From the IMG/VR virus record IMGVR_UViG_3300042691_030495: a stretch of 64,000 bases of DNA. One strand, 5' to 3'. The position numbers and the translations under genes were made by a program. Origin of the DNA: a virus. Each line of letters begins with the position of its first letter. Position 1 is the stretch's first letter. Below are positions 34,215-44,417 of the stretch, in pieces. The notes below the pieces were generated by a model that was given only the letters and a program-made list of their open reading frames with translations, was not told where the DNA came from and did not search any database.

Positions 34215-35540
34215 ATGCTAAATTACCAGTTGACTAGTTCCCGCTCTTGGCGAACCATTAAGGGTGCTGCTGCCACCCTAAGGACGTATCAGGTGCAAGA
34301 TGGAAGCATTCCTGATGTTTCTAAACATGATGCCTGTCTAATCGCGGTAAAAGAGCTGGCTAACGAGCTACGTAATATCTCTAGAGAGCTTACGCACGAC
34401 CGGGAGTATCTTCTAGCCTGCGCTTCTGACTTTGAAGACTGGGCCGACTCTGGCTTTGAGACCCCTGACTTTTATGAGTCTTTGTCTAAGTTTAAGCCAG
34501 AACAAAACAGAGCCAACAATGTTTTGCACATAGTGGTGTTTCCCACTTATACACAGAACGGCTCTAATAATCGATATGTAGAGGCTGTGGCGTTTGAGGT
34601 TATTTGGCCAGACTTTATTGCTCGGGTAGAAAAAAGTTATACAAACCCTGCATTTATTCCTATTAGGTTTTTAAGCTTTAGCTCAGGGTATTTAACAAAC
34701 TCGGCCGTTCTGTTCCCCGAGTCGGTTGCAACTAAGTCTGCCCCTAAGTTTACTTGGGGCGGAATTTTCGCTGACAGGGAGGCCGCTAGATTAAGAAGAG
34801 TGGCACTATCCGCGAGTGAGATAACAAACCTTGATCTTCCTCTAGAGGCTAAGAGCTTACTAACAAACAGGGAGTTAGCAGAGCATACTTTTGTTTTGTG
34901 GGACTTGATTCATGACCGCGCTCATATGCGAGGCAATCTGCCCTTTGATCCTTTTATGATTAAGCAGCGCATGCCTTTCTTTTTGTATGCGCTCGAGGAG
35001 CTCCGCTGTGATCTAACAGCATTTAGAGAGTGTGTTGCGATTGTCAATGATGTGGATGCAGATCCGGAAGCTAGAAAGCATGCTCGGTTAGTTCAATATG
35101 CTGTCTTGTTTGACCGCATCTTTAGGTTTCCACTGACTAATGGCAGGGAGCGAAACTATGACTCCGTGGCTGGTCAACTGCTTTTTGCATACTTACACCA
35201 GAACAAAGTTATTCACTGGGTGGACACTAAGCTGACCATAGACTGGGAGAGACTTGCTGACTCGGTTATACGCCTTTCTGATGATATAAACGAGCTTTAC
35301 TTTAACTCGATTGATCGACCTAGAACCGTGCACTGGCTGGCAGCATATGATTTGGTATCTAAATGGCTGCCGCCGCATCCTGCGTCTAAGTGGGCCACTA
35401 AGGACTTACCCCTTACTGGAACGCCTGGTGATCTTACTGACCAAGTTATGGAAGACGAGTTTCCGCTCTCTATGTTCTATGAAGCACTATCTAAAAAGTT
35501 GTCCCCTGTGGTGCAGTCGGCAGTGGGGATTATTATTTAA
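34215..35540 (+). CDS. DUF6421 family protein (actinobacterial, zincin-like)
   Basis: FPTYTQNGS, NSAVLFPE, IFADREAAR, WDLIHDRAHMRGNLPFDPFMIKQRMP, LEELRCDL. Confidence 0.8.
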   Translation: MLNYQLTSSRSWRTIKGAAATLRTYQVQDGSIPDVSKHDACLIAVKELANELRNISRELTHDREYLLACASDFEDWADSGFETPDFYESLSKFKPEQNRANNVLHIVVFPTYTQNGSNNRYVEAVAFEVIWPDFIARVEKSYTNPAFIPIRFLSFSSGYLTNSAVLFPESVATKSAPKFTWGGIFADREAARLRRVALSASEITNLDLPLEAKSLLTNRELAEHTFVLWDLIHDRAHMRGNLPFDPFMIKQRMPFFLYALEELRCDLTAFRECVAIVNDVDADPEARKHARLVQYAVLFDRIFRFPLTNGRERNYDSVAGQLLFAYLHQNKVIHWVDTKLTIDWERLADSVIRLSDDINELYFNSIDRPRTVHWLAAYDLVSKWLPPHPASKWATKDLPLTGTPGDLTDQVMEDEFPLSMFYEALSKKLSPVVQSAVGIII

Positions 35541-35609
35541 CTTGCCAAAGTGGGGTAACCTGTGATACAGTGTTTTTGCGTTAAAAACAAATATAGATAG
35601 GAGACGCAA

Positions 35610-35957
35610 ATGAAACAAAAATCTGCACTTAGGCTCTCGGAAGAGACTTTATCATATGAGAATGCTTGGAGATACGGAAAGTATTTTTATATAGCTACCT
35701 TGACTGACGGAAGGGATGTCGGGTTTTCTGCTGACAAAGTTCTAGTTACCGACACAGGGGACCTGTTAGCTATGTCCACATCCTTTGCAAGAGATAGAGG
35801 AGACGGCACTGGCAAATTTGATCGCGAAGAAACAGAGGCTAGAACTACTGTTTGCCTAGCAAAAGGTCAGTGGGTCTCTTTCTATGCAGCTAGTGCCTTA
35901 ACCGGAGATCCAGTCGGCCTTGATTGGGTTGAGGGGTATGTAGCTAAAAAGTCTTAG
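35610..35957 (+). CDS. Hypothetical protein
   Basis: AGGAG SD; AKGQWVSFYAAS..TGDP. Confidence 0.65.
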   Translation: MKQKSALRLSEETLSYENAWRYGKYFYIATLTDGRDVGFSADKVLVTDTGDLLAMSTSFARDRGDGTGKFDREETEARTTVCLAKGQWVSFYAASALTGDPVGLDWVEGYVAKKS

Positions 35958-35968
35958 TAATTAAGACA

Positions 35969-36041
35969 CCCCGTGTACTCCAATGGCAGAGAGAGCCGAC
36001 TTAAAATCGGTACAGTATCGGTTCGAGTCCGATGGCGGGGA
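35969..36041 (+). tRNA. tRNA-Leu(TAA), short variable arm
   Basis: GCCGA-CTTAAAA-TCGGT; ATCGG-TTCGAGT-CCGAT; A73. Confidence 0.85.
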
Positions 36042-36055
36042 CATAATTCAGAATC

Positions 36056-36640
36056 TTAAACGATGTCATCTTCTTTTTTAAAGACAAATACGATTGCACT
36101 TCTTGGGGTATTTGGAAATACTTCATGAGACGTACCAGATGGTACAAAGATTACATCCCCTGGATTTAGTTCATAGTCAGTGTATTCTTTTGAGTCTCCG
36201 ACGTAGATTCTCCATGTGACGGATCCTACGCATTGTGTGTAGACATTATCAGTATCGTCTTCGTGTCTCTCGACTTTCTTTTCTGAGCTACTTAAGCTAA
36301 TAATTGCAAGGGACCCGCTTGGTTCTTTATTAAAAGTAGAGACAAGATCTGACTTTATTTCTTCAAGCCCTGGGAAAAAGTCTTCTTGTGGTCTATCTAT
36401 AAGGATTGTCATATAGCCCCAGAAAGCAACTAGACCTTTTCTAAATTGACTATTATCGTCGCCTTCTTCCATCTCCTCTTGTCTTGATTTAGGCATTGGT
36501 TGCTGCGAGCCAAAGTCAATAAAGTTGATAAAATAGTCCCATTTGTCTGGGAAATTAGAGTAGTGTTTTGGGAAAACTGTGACAGTTCTATTTCTTATAG
36601 ACTCTTTTAAAAGATTTTTGTTATGCTTTTCGCTGAACAT
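36056..36640 (-). CDS. JmjC/cupin-domain oxygenase
   Basis: HEDDTDNVY.QC.G...W...LNPGDVIFVPSG..HEV....R. Confidence 0.75.
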   Translation of the reverse strand: MFSEKHNKNLLKESIRNRTVTVFPKHYSNFPDKWDYFINFIDFGSQQPMPKSRQEEMEEGDDNSQFRKGLVAFWGYMTILIDRPQEDFFPGLEEIKSDLVSTFNKEPSGSLAIISLSSSEKKVERHEDDTDNVYTQCVGSVTWRIYVGDSKEYTDYELNPGDVIFVPSGTSHEVFPNTPRSAIVFVFKKEDDIV

Positions 36641-36697
36641 ATGGTAATTATATATCATAAGGTCCCTAAGTGTGGGGCTGTGTTATGATATGGGAAT

Positions 36698-36898
36698 ATG
36701 GTAAGTAAAAAACGTTCGCTGGCTAAGTCTCTGACTTGGCGCGTAATTGCAGTTGTTAGCACCCTGTTGATTGGCTATGCCATGACCGGGAGCTGGGCTT
36801 TCGCGGTGTCGCTGACTGTTGTGTCGAACGTAATTAACTTTGTGCTGTACTACATACACGAGCGTGTGTGGCTGGGTGTGGACTGGGGTAGGAGCTGA
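36698..36898 (+). CDS. DUF2061 membrane protein
   Basis: RSLAKSLTWRVIA...LYYIHERVW..VDWG. Confidence 0.85.
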   Translation: MVSKKRSLAKSLTWRVIAVVSTLLIGYAMTGSWAFAVSLTVVSNVINFVLYYIHERVWLGVDWGRS

Positions 36899-36899
36899 G

Positions 36900-37067
36900 A
36901 TGTCTGAACGTGAAAATATAAACGCCACTACTGTTGCAGACGAAGCAGCAGAGAAGAAAGTCCTATTTGGATGGTGTATGGATGGAAATGATGAGGAGTG
37001 TATAGTGGAGTTTCCTAGGCACAGGTGCTCGTGTGAGTGTCACCAGGGAGTGCAACATGAGGGCTAA
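36900..37067 (+). CDS. Small Cys/His-rich protein
   Basis: FGWCMDG..EEC...CSCECH; AGGAG SD. Confidence 0.55.
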   Translation: MSERENINATTVADEAAEKKVLFGWCMDGNDEECIVEFPRHRCSCECHQGVQHEG

Positions 37068-38043
37068 ACATGATGTAGAAGCTCATGCTGGTACTTGGCA
37101 TAGCGAGACAAAGCTCTTAAGAAGAAATGGCCACAGTGCAAATCGATTTAGAGTGGAAGACTTTAATACCAGTAAAGTGGGCTCCAACTCTGTTAAGTTT
37201 TTGGTTTCTAACAAAAGAAAAATTGTTTTTGACAATACTGATTCGTATGGCCACATACTAATGTTTTGGGTCGATATGGCCATAAAAGAAATGTCTTTAA
37301 CTAAAGAAAAGCTCATTTTTGTTTTTGCCCAAAGCGCTGACCATAGGGAACGAATTTTAGAAGGATCTGAAAGTCTCACAAAGTACTTAGTCAAGAGGTT
37401 CACTGATCTAGGTCATGAAGTCGAGTTTATAGATGATGGTGGGGTTGTCATAAATAACTTTGTCTTATACAAAATGTGGCATCACATTGCCCCGGATAAC
37501 GGTTCTAGGGTTGGTGCTTTCTTGTCTAGCGGTCTTGACTACTCTAAACCTCCTAGTAAAAAAATCTATTTAAGTAGGGGTAAGACTACAACTTATATTG
37601 GTAACAAACATATGATGATCCCTCTGTCTGAGACGACAACATCGATTGGCATGAGTAAGTATAGAGACGAAAACAAATATAAATTCACTGACAGAATAGA
37701 TGATGAAGAGCAAGTAGAAGCTTACTTTAAAAGTCTTGGATTTGAAATTGTATACCCAGAGGACATAGAGTCTTTTGCTGATCAGCTGCAGCTAATAGCG
37801 TCAGCTAAACTTTTAGCCTCTGTTACTAGCTCTTCATTAATTGCCTCTGTAGTTATGGCACCAAATACTTGCATAGTAGAGCTTTCTACCCCGTTGGAGG
37901 ATAGCAGGATCCACTCCCACTACAAAGTCTTGTCCGAAGTAAATAGAAAAAACTATCTTTCAATTTCTAATTCTAGAGTTGCTTCCGAAGTAATTAACTC
38001 TATAGAAACAAATTTAGCTGTTAAAAGCTTTCTATTGAGTTAA
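37057..38043 (+). CDS. GT61 (DUF563) glycosyltransferase
   Basis: YGH, KKIYLSRG, RI.DEEQVE.YF..LGFEIVYPE...F.DQ......AK. Confidence 0.8.
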   Translation: MRAKHDVEAHAGTWHSETKLLRRNGHSANRFRVEDFNTSKVGSNSVKFLVSNKRKIVFDNTDSYGHILMFWVDMAIKEMSLTKEKLIFVFAQSADHRERILEGSESLTKYLVKRFTDLGHEVEFIDDGGVVINNFVLYKMWHHIAPDNGSRVGAFLSSGLDYSKPPSKKIYLSRGKTTTYIGNKHMMIPLSETTTSIGMSKYRDENKYKFTDRIDDEEQVEAYFKSLGFEIVYPEDIESFADQLQLIASAKLLASVTSSSLIASVVMAPNTCIVELSTPLEDSRIHSHYKVLSEVNRKNYLSISNSRVASEVINSIETNLAVKSFLLS

Positions 38044-38594
38044 GAAAGAACGTCGTAGAAGAAAACTAGAAGAACTCTACGTGTTCCTTTTGTAATCTCT
38101 GCAACTCCGTGCGAAACATAATAGCCAGGGAAGACAACCATGTCTCCAGCTTTTGCTTTTACAGAAGTGTTCTGATCTGGGAACACAAGTTCCCCGCCTT
38201 CATAGTCATCGTTTAGAATAAGACTGCAAACGTGAGACCGCTTCATTCCATCAAATATGCCATCGTTGTTTGCGTCTTCATCCCTGTGTGCAGGTAGAAC
38301 TGCCCCCTCAAACATGGTGACACCAAACATCCGATTAAACGTTAGTGTCCCCAGCATGTCATATTTATCTAAAAAGTAGTCTTTTACAATATTCAAAACT
38401 TTAAGTAAGATTTTGTTTGGATCCATAGATATAGGATAGTTTTCTGGAACCTCTACTGAAAAACTTTCTATAAGTCCAGACCCCTCAAATAAAGGCTTCG
38501 GGTCGTAGCCAGAATTTTTTATTACCATCTCGTTAAGCTGGCGTAGCTCGTCTGCAGAGATGTTCCCCTCTAGCACTTCGTAGGTGGGTTCCAT
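38040..38594 (-). CDS. 2OG-Fe(II) oxygenase, P4H-like
   Basis: HRD...LNDDYEGGELVF...HGV...GTR. Confidence 0.87.
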   Translation of the reverse strand: MEPTYEVLEGNISADELRQLNEMVIKNSGYDPKPLFEGSGLIESFSVEVPENYPISMDPNKILLKVLNIVKDYFLDKYDMLGTLTFNRMFGVTMFEGAVLPAHRDEDANNDGIFDGMKRSHVCSLILNDDYEGGELVFPDQNTSVKAKAGDMVVFPGYYVSHGVAEITKGTRRVLLVFFYDVLS

Positions 38595-38663
38595 ATTTAA
38601 GTCTCCTAGTTTCACGTAGTATTAGACTATATTACCGGAACGCAAGCTGAGGAGATTTTCCCT

Positions 38664-39395
38664 ATGACAAACGTAGTTATTCCCATGGCCGGGGGTGGCA
38701 GTCGGTTTTCCGATGCTGGCTACGAATTGCCTAAACCTTTGATTGATGTAACCGGGCTTCCTATGGTTCAGAAGGCAGTCTGGAGCATGGGCATCGGCGC
38801 TCGCTATGTCTATGTAGTGCAGGCCGAACACAATAAAAAGTACAACCTTACTGAGCTCCTCCCAGCGATGACTCCGTCTTTAGAAGTTATTGTGCTTGAA
38901 GTAGATGAGATTACAGAGGGGGCGGCAGCTACTGTACTAGTTGCAAAAGACTACATAGACAACGATGACTTGTTAGTAATCTGTAACGCAGATCAAATTG
39001 TAGAGTGGGTGCCAAATGATTTCCTCAAAGATGCTGGGGAGAATAGAAACTTAGATGGAAGTATTGCTACTTTTACAGCCGAGGGTGACCAGTGGTCTTA
39101 TGCTAAAACAGACGAGAGTGGTCATGTAGTCGAGGTGGCTGAAAAGAATCCAATTAGTGACCAGGCCACTGTTGGGATTTATTATTGGAGATATGGCTCA
39201 GATTTTGTCAAGTACGCAGAGCAAATGATTAAAAAGGACATTAGAGTCAACGGTGAGTTTTATGTGACTCCGGTATATAACGAGGCAATTCTTGATGGAA
39301 AATCTGTAGGTGTCTACCCTGTGGACAAGATGATACCTCTAGGGACTCCTGAGGACTTAAAGTTGTACTTGGATTCACTGACAGATAGTCTATAA
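38664..39395 (+). CDS. Sugar-phosphate nucleotidyltransferase-like protein (GT2/BcbE-like)
   Basis: VIPMAGGGSRF..AGY..PKPLI, TEGAA.TV, AEKNPIS..ATVGIYY, NGEFYV.PVYN, LGTPEDL. Confidence 0.85.
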   Translation: MTNVVIPMAGGGSRFSDAGYELPKPLIDVTGLPMVQKAVWSMGIGARYVYVVQAEHNKKYNLTELLPAMTPSLEVIVLEVDEITEGAAATVLVAKDYIDNDDLLVICNADQIVEWVPNDFLKDAGENRNLDGSIATFTAEGDQWSYAKTDESGHVVEVAEKNPISDQATVGIYYWRYGSDFVKYAEQMIKKDIRVNGEFYVTPVYNEAILDGKSVGVYPVDKMIPLGTPEDLKLYLDSLTDSL

Positions 39396-39403
39396 TTAAA
39401 CAT

Positions 39404-40048
39404 ATGAAAGACGCATCTTTAGCTTTAGACGACTTCTCGAATGCTGGATTAACCGCTAGTGAGATATACCCTGGCATATTCGTAGTAAAAGATTTTCTGA
39501 CTGATCATGAGATCGAAACTTTAACCAATCAGTTCTCGAGCATGAGCGAGGATGATTGGAGTGTTCAGTACACTCAAAGTCTTTACGAGTTTATTAAGAA
39601 TCAATATGGTGTAGACACTATTGAAGAGGCCCAGGAGCTAGGTCATCCTGTTAAAATAGATTCGAATTGGGTTGATAAAAACGCCCTTATTAAAGATGAA
39701 ACTGTCTGCAACAGTATTAATACTAGGCTTGGTAAAATCTTTGAAAACTTAAAAGATCTAGAGCTACAGGGCGCTGGATCTATTCAAAGGCAGTATGAGG
39801 GTATCGACCTTGGGTATCACGTAGACAGCTTGTCTAATCCTCTTGTGGCCTACGCTGCTGTCATGTACGTTAATGGAGACTTCAATGGCGGGGAGTTGCA
39901 CTTTCCTACTATTGATGTGCTGTTTAAACCAGAAGCTGGTAACTTAATAGTCTTCCCTTCGGCTGACGAATACCTACATGGAGTTACTCCAGTAGAAGCT
40001 GGACCTGTTAGGTATGCGCTTCCAGCTTTTGTAAACAAAAAAGTGTAG
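39404..40048 (+). CDS. 2OG-Fe(II) oxygenase, P4H-like
   Basis: HVD...Y.NGDFNGGELHF...HGV...GPVRY. Confidence 0.87.
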   Translation: MKDASLALDDFSNAGLTASEIYPGIFVVKDFLTDHEIETLTNQFSSMSEDDWSVQYTQSLYEFIKNQYGVDTIEEAQELGHPVKIDSNWVDKNALIKDETVCNSINTRLGKIFENLKDLELQGAGSIQRQYEGIDLGYHVDSLSNPLVAYAAVMYVNGDFNGGELHFPTIDVLFKPEAGNLIVFPSADEYLHGVTPVEAGPVRYALPAFVNKKV

Positions 40049-40057
40049 GGATAAAAT

Positions 40058-40987
40058 ATGAGTATTGGGGTTAATGAGCACCCAACCTATGGGTTTGCCG
40101 ACAGTCACCTAGGGGAAAATATTAAGTATATCCACATGACCCGGCAGTCGATAGTAGTTTCTGATTATGGTGGGCAAGATGTAAGTCAAAGCTATATATC
40201 TAAAAAAAGAAAAGTATTTCTTCCGGGAGATGTTACGTATGGTCATTTAATTTCGGAAGTACTGGGTTGCGCCATATATGAAATTGACACTTCGCCTGAA
40301 AAGATTCATTTTATATTTAGCGCTGGTCCAGAAAGCATTCCCGCACTAAGAAATAACACGGGGACCCTTCTTGAATTCTTCTCTAGAAAACTGAAAAGCT
40401 TGGGACATGATATTACCTTTACTCCTCAAGTTGAGCAGGTAAATACCGGTGCTGTTGCAAACAACTTTGTGGTTCACTGCAAGAGCATTGCTAGTTCTCC
40501 GTATACTTTAAAAAGAGTTAGAGATGTATTTTTAAGTGAAATAGAGCAGAAAACTCCTTCTGAAAAAATATACCTGAGTAGGGGTAAGACGCTCTTAAGT
40601 AGCACGTTCGGAGATCGCATCTCTCAAGAAGAAGTTTTAGAGGACTACATGCGCACTCTTGGTTTTACTGTTATATACCCTGAAGACCTTGAAACTTATG
40701 ATCAGCAGTTGGAAATTATAACGTCTGCCAAAGTCCTTGCTTCTGTAACCAGCTCATCTTTGCTGGCCTCTATTTTTATGCATCCTGGATCTACTGTCGT
40801 GGAGTTTGCTGTTGAACTATTTCATGGGGACCCAGCGGTAACTCCTGGTATGGTTCAAACATTGTATTATGAGATCTCAAAAGCTTTTGATTTAAACCAT
40901 GTCTCAATAAGTAGCGATGGAAGCTCGTCTAATTTACTAGAGATTATTGAGTCAAATTCAGGGCTAAAATCACTTCTATCGGGTTGA
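40058..40987 (+). CDS. GT61 (DUF563) glycosyltransferase
   Basis: YGHL, EKIYLSRG, RI..EEVLE.YM..LGF.VIYPE, ASVTSSSL; paralog of 37057-38043. Confidence 0.8.
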   Translation: MSIGVNEHPTYGFADSHLGENIKYIHMTRQSIVVSDYGGQDVSQSYISKKRKVFLPGDVTYGHLISEVLGCAIYEIDTSPEKIHFIFSAGPESIPALRNNTGTLLEFFSRKLKSLGHDITFTPQVEQVNTGAVANNFVVHCKSIASSPYTLKRVRDVFLSEIEQKTPSEKIYLSRGKTLLSSTFGDRISQEEVLEDYMRTLGFTVIYPEDLETYDQQLEIITSAKVLASVTSSSLLASIFMHPGSTVVEFAVELFHGDPAVTPGMVQTLYYEISKAFDLNHVSISSDGSSSNLLEIIESNSGLKSLLSG

Positions 40988-41014
40988 GCCCGGGGATGGC
41001 CTATACTTAGTTAT

Positions 41015-41719
41015 ATGAGTCCTGTATTTAATGTAGACGCCTTTACTGCTGCTGGCTATGAAGTAGAAGAGCTTGCATCCGAAGTTTGGCTAGTGCGAAA
41101 TCTTGTAAATGACGAAGATCTAAAGCCTGTGTTTGACTACATTGAAAGTCTTTCTGAAGAAGACTGGTTGGGTCATTACATGGACCACCTGCGCGATAGG
41201 GCGGAGCGAGAATATGGCACTCGGGATATTGAAACTTTAAACAAAGAAGGCAAACTCGCCATCACTTTTGATTGGGCAGATAAAACTGTTAGAGTCGAGA
41301 ATCTCCCGATACTAGGCAAAGTTAATGACGCTATTACAAAGATTATCTCCTATGACCCAAACTTGTACTTTAATGGCCTAGGCACTATTCAACGTCAATA
41401 CGAAGGGTCAGATCTTAAAGTTCACGTAGATAACCATGTTGATCCGTATGTTGCTTACGCTGCAGTTATCTACTTGAATGATGATTACGTTCACGGGGAA
41501 GTCATATTCCCTGAGCAGGGGCTAGAAGTTAAGCCTGAAGCTGGTTCAATGCTGTTTTTCTCATCGGGTGAGACACACCCTCATGGAGTGAACCCTCCTG
41601 GACCCGGTCCCTTTCGCTACGTGTTTCCTTGCTTTATAAAACAAACAGAGCTACCTGAAGGTTTTGTCCACAGTCCTAGCGATATACATATGAAATATTC
41701 AACTAAGAGGAAGTATTAA
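41015..41719 (+). CDS. 2OG-Fe(II) oxygenase, P4H-like
   Basis: HVD...YLNDDYVHGEV.F...HGV...GPFRY; paralog of 39404-40048. Confidence 0.87.
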   Translation: MSPVFNVDAFTAAGYEVEELASEVWLVRNLVNDEDLKPVFDYIESLSEEDWLGHYMDHLRDRAEREYGTRDIETLNKEGKLAITFDWADKTVRVENLPILGKVNDAITKIISYDPNLYFNGLGTIQRQYEGSDLKVHVDNHVDPYVAYAAVIYLNDDYVHGEVIFPEQGLEVKPEAGSMLFFSSGETHPHGVNPPGPGPFRYVFPCFIKQTELPEGFVHSPSDIHMKYSTKRKY

Positions 41720-42418
41720 ATGACAGAAATTATATTTAGATCTAGTATGACGGTTGAGCTTGTTCAGTCTATGGGCGACGACTCTAGCGTTGTTAAGTCT
41801 GCCCGAGTGTCCACTGGTGGCGGAACTAGTACTCCTGAAAGAGATGCTGGACTGATTAACTATTTAATGAAAGATCGTCATGGTACTCCGTTTGAGCACA
41901 ATGCTTTTACCTTCTATATCGAGGCACCTATCTTTGTCTTCCGTGAGTTTATGCGTCACAGGATTGCTTCATACAATGAGGAGTCTGGACGCTATAAAGA
42001 GTTGGCTCCTATTTTCTATGTCCCTAAAGAGAGCCGTAAGTTAGTTCAGGTTGGTAAACCTGGCTCATATACTTTTGAAGAGGGGACCTACAGGCAGAAA
42101 AAGATACTACCTGCTGACATAAAGCGAATTGCTACTGAGGCATACTCTTCCTACGAAAAGCTACTAAAAGAGGGAGTTGCTCGAGAAGTAGCCAGAACTG
42201 TACTACCAGTTGGACTTTACTCTTCTATGTTTGTAACAATGAACGCTCGTGCCCTGATGAACTTTTTGAGCTTGCGTACTTCCGTTGAGTGGTCTAAGTT
42301 TCCTTCTTACCCACAGGCTGAGATTGAAATGGTTGCAGAAAAGATGGAAGCTATCTTTGCTGAAAAGATGCCAATTACTTATAAGACATTTAACATGAAT
42401 GGTCGAGTAGCCCCATAA
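41720..42418 (+). CDS. thyX: FAD-dependent thymidylate synthase
   Basis: HGTPFEH, RHRIASYNEESGRY, REVARTVLP. Confidence 0.96.
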   Translation: MTEIIFRSSMTVELVQSMGDDSSVVKSARVSTGGGTSTPERDAGLINYLMKDRHGTPFEHNAFTFYIEAPIFVFREFMRHRIASYNEESGRYKELAPIFYVPKESRKLVQVGKPGSYTFEEGTYRQKKILPADIKRIATEAYSSYEKLLKEGVAREVARTVLPVGLYSSMFVTMNARALMNFLSLRTSVEWSKFPSYPQAEIEMVAEKMEAIFAEKMPITYKTFNMNGRVAP

Positions 42419-42469
42419 AATAAAACTGGCACCTAGGATGTCCTAGATGCCAGCTCTACTTGTTGCTTA

Positions 42470-43693
42470 TTACTTTGTCGGGTTTGTTCCATCTGCACTA
42501 GGTGTAGCTGGCTGAGGGGCCGAAGTAGCTTTAAACTTCGGACGGATAACAACGTGAACCTGGTCGTAGCGACGGTCGCGCTTGTACACGCCTCCACCGT
42601 TAGACTGTGATCCACCCATTCCGTTAGTGGTGTTTCCTTCGTAGCATGTGATGGTCTTCTTCTTAGGGTTAGTCTTAAGAACAATTCCAGTGTGGTCTGG
42701 GTCATTGTTGCGCTCCCAGTCGAAGAATATGATGTCGCCAGGAAGGGCTTCGGTAACCTTTACGGCTTCAAAGCCTTTCTTCTTTAGACCATTGATTCCT
42801 GCAGTGCAGCCTACGTATCCCTTAGGGGTCTGAGCGTTGCGTACAATGTAGCCTGCTCCAGACTTCTGGAAGATGTAGGAAACGAAAGACGCACACCACG
42901 GAGCATAGTTAAGTCCCATGAACTTACCGAACATGGTGTCTTTCTTTGGTCCCTCGACGTACTTCTTGTCTACAAAGTATTTTGCAAGAGCTAGAACTGC
43001 TTCTGGGCTTCCAGGAGTTAGTCCTTCCTTTTCGATTAGTGGGTGTAAAGGAATTCCTGCTACAGCAGTCTTTGCTGGTGCTGCTTTCTTTGGTGCGGGT
43101 GTTGCGTGTTGCGCAACAGGCTCCGCATCTTCGTGGTTGATTGGAGCTATGGTGACAGGAGCATTTTCTGGAGTTGCAACTTTACCTTCTGCAATTAGCT
43201 TTTCCTGCTGGATAACAGACTTAACAAAAGCAATTGGGCTAACGAAGCCTTTGCCTTTTAGATCCCAGACGTGCTTTTTGCCTTCAACAATTTCAAAGTG
43301 TAGGTGTCTTCCAGCTGAAGCTCCGGTGTTTCCCATGACTCCTAGAACCGTTCCAGCTTCAATCTTCTGCCCGGTCTTGACTTTAAGAGATCCTTCTACC
43401 ATGTGGCCGTAGCGGGTGACGTACCACTTACCGTTAACTTTACAACGAAGGTCTACGTAGTATCCAACTCCTCCTAAAGATCCGTCAGCGTTTTTAAGCT
43501 TTGATGTGCCTGCATAGACTACAGTTCCGTCATGCCAAGCTTCACAGAAAATCTTTTCGGCTGGTCCCCAAAGGTCATCGCCATTATGGTGCTTCTTAAT
43601 TTTTTCGATGGGATGCACTCTCCATCCGAAAGGACTTGTAATCTTCCAAGCCTTCCCCTGTTTCCCGTCTATAGGGAACTGTGCTTTTGCCAT
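42470..43693 (-). CDS. Endolysin: M23 peptidase + CHAP domain
   Basis: HNGDD, YGHM, HLHFEI; PWCASFVS, PGDIIFFDW, HTGIV, EGNT. Confidence 0.88.
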   Translation of the reverse strand: MAKAQFPIDGKQGKAWKITSPFGWRVHPIEKIKKHHNGDDLWGPAEKIFCEAWHDGTVVYAGTSKLKNADGSLGGVGYYVDLRCKVNGKWYVTRYGHMVEGSLKVKTGQKIEAGTVLGVMGNTGASAGRHLHFEIVEGKKHVWDLKGKGFVSPIAFVKSVIQQEKLIAEGKVATPENAPVTIAPINHEDAEPVAQHATPAPKKAAPAKTAVAGIPLHPLIEKEGLTPGSPEAVLALAKYFVDKKYVEGPKKDTMFGKFMGLNYAPWCASFVSYIFQKSGAGYIVRNAQTPKGYVGCTAGINGLKKKGFEAVKVTEALPGDIIFFDWERNNDPDHTGIVLKTNPKKKTITCYEGNTTNGMGGSQSNGGGVYKRDRRYDQVHVVIRPKFKATSAPQPATPSADGTNPTK

Positions 43694-43782
43694 TGTAACT
43701 CTCCTAGATATAGTATCTCCCACTCAATTGTACCAAGCGCTCGGGGGGTGCGAATTTGGATTAGATAGTGTAGGCTTTCATC

Positions 43783-44049
43783 ATGGACTTTAAAGAACGA
43801 AGCGCATACTTAAGCGACTACATGGCGAAAGTGATAGACGCCAAAACTGTAGCAGAAAACGCACAAAAAGCAGCATTAGATGCAGCTTCTGAATTTGGGT
43901 ATGAGATGGGGGTAATGTTCGAGAAGGGCCGGATATATGAAGAGTTGGACACGATCTACCACTCCTTGACAGATGAGGAAGAGGATGCTAGGTTGACCTT
44001 AGAGATCGCCAAGCAGGTAGTCTCTAGAACGGACTACAAAGATGAATGA
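43783..44049 (+). CDS. Hypothetical protein
   Basis: Leaderless ATG after TAGGCT; first of a run of small overlapping genes. Confidence 0.6.
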   Translation: MDFKERSAYLSDYMAKVIDAKTVAENAQKAALDAASEFGYEMGVMFEKGRIYEELDTIYHSLTDEEEDARLTLEIAKQVVSRTDYKDE

Positions 44050-44242
44050 AAGTTTTGACTTTAACTTTGACGCATCGGAATACGCTAAATCCATAGACAG
44101 TGAGAAACTTGCTGATCTTTGGGCGAAGGTAGAAGTTGCAAAGATTATGATGGATCAGGCAAATAAACTAACTCGTCAGGTTTATGCTGACCTAGAGTTT
44201 TATAAAATGACTTCTACTTTTCGAGATGACCCAAATGACTGA
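44042..44242 (+). CDS. Hypothetical protein
   Basis: Overlaps both neighbours. Confidence 0.55.
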   Translation: MNESFDFNFDASEYAKSIDSEKLADLWAKVEVAKIMMDQANKLTRQVYADLEFYKMTSTFRDDPND

Positions 44243-44417
44243 GCACGCTCCTAGAGATCTCCCACTAAGTGATGCACCTAGATCATGGCGACGTGATATT
44301 AAAGTTATGGAACGGATTTGTATACACGGGATTGGTCATCCGGATCCAGAACTTGAATATGAGGGAGAAGATGCGGTCCACTCCTGTGATGGTTGCTGTT
44401 GGAGTGAGACACCTTAA
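44226..44417 (+). CDS. Small Cys/His metal-binding phage protein
   Basis: ERICIHGIGHPDP...HSCDGCC. Confidence 0.65.
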   Translation: MTQMTEHAPRDLPLSDAPRSWRRDIKVMERICIHGIGHPDPELEYEGEDAVHSCDGCCWSETP

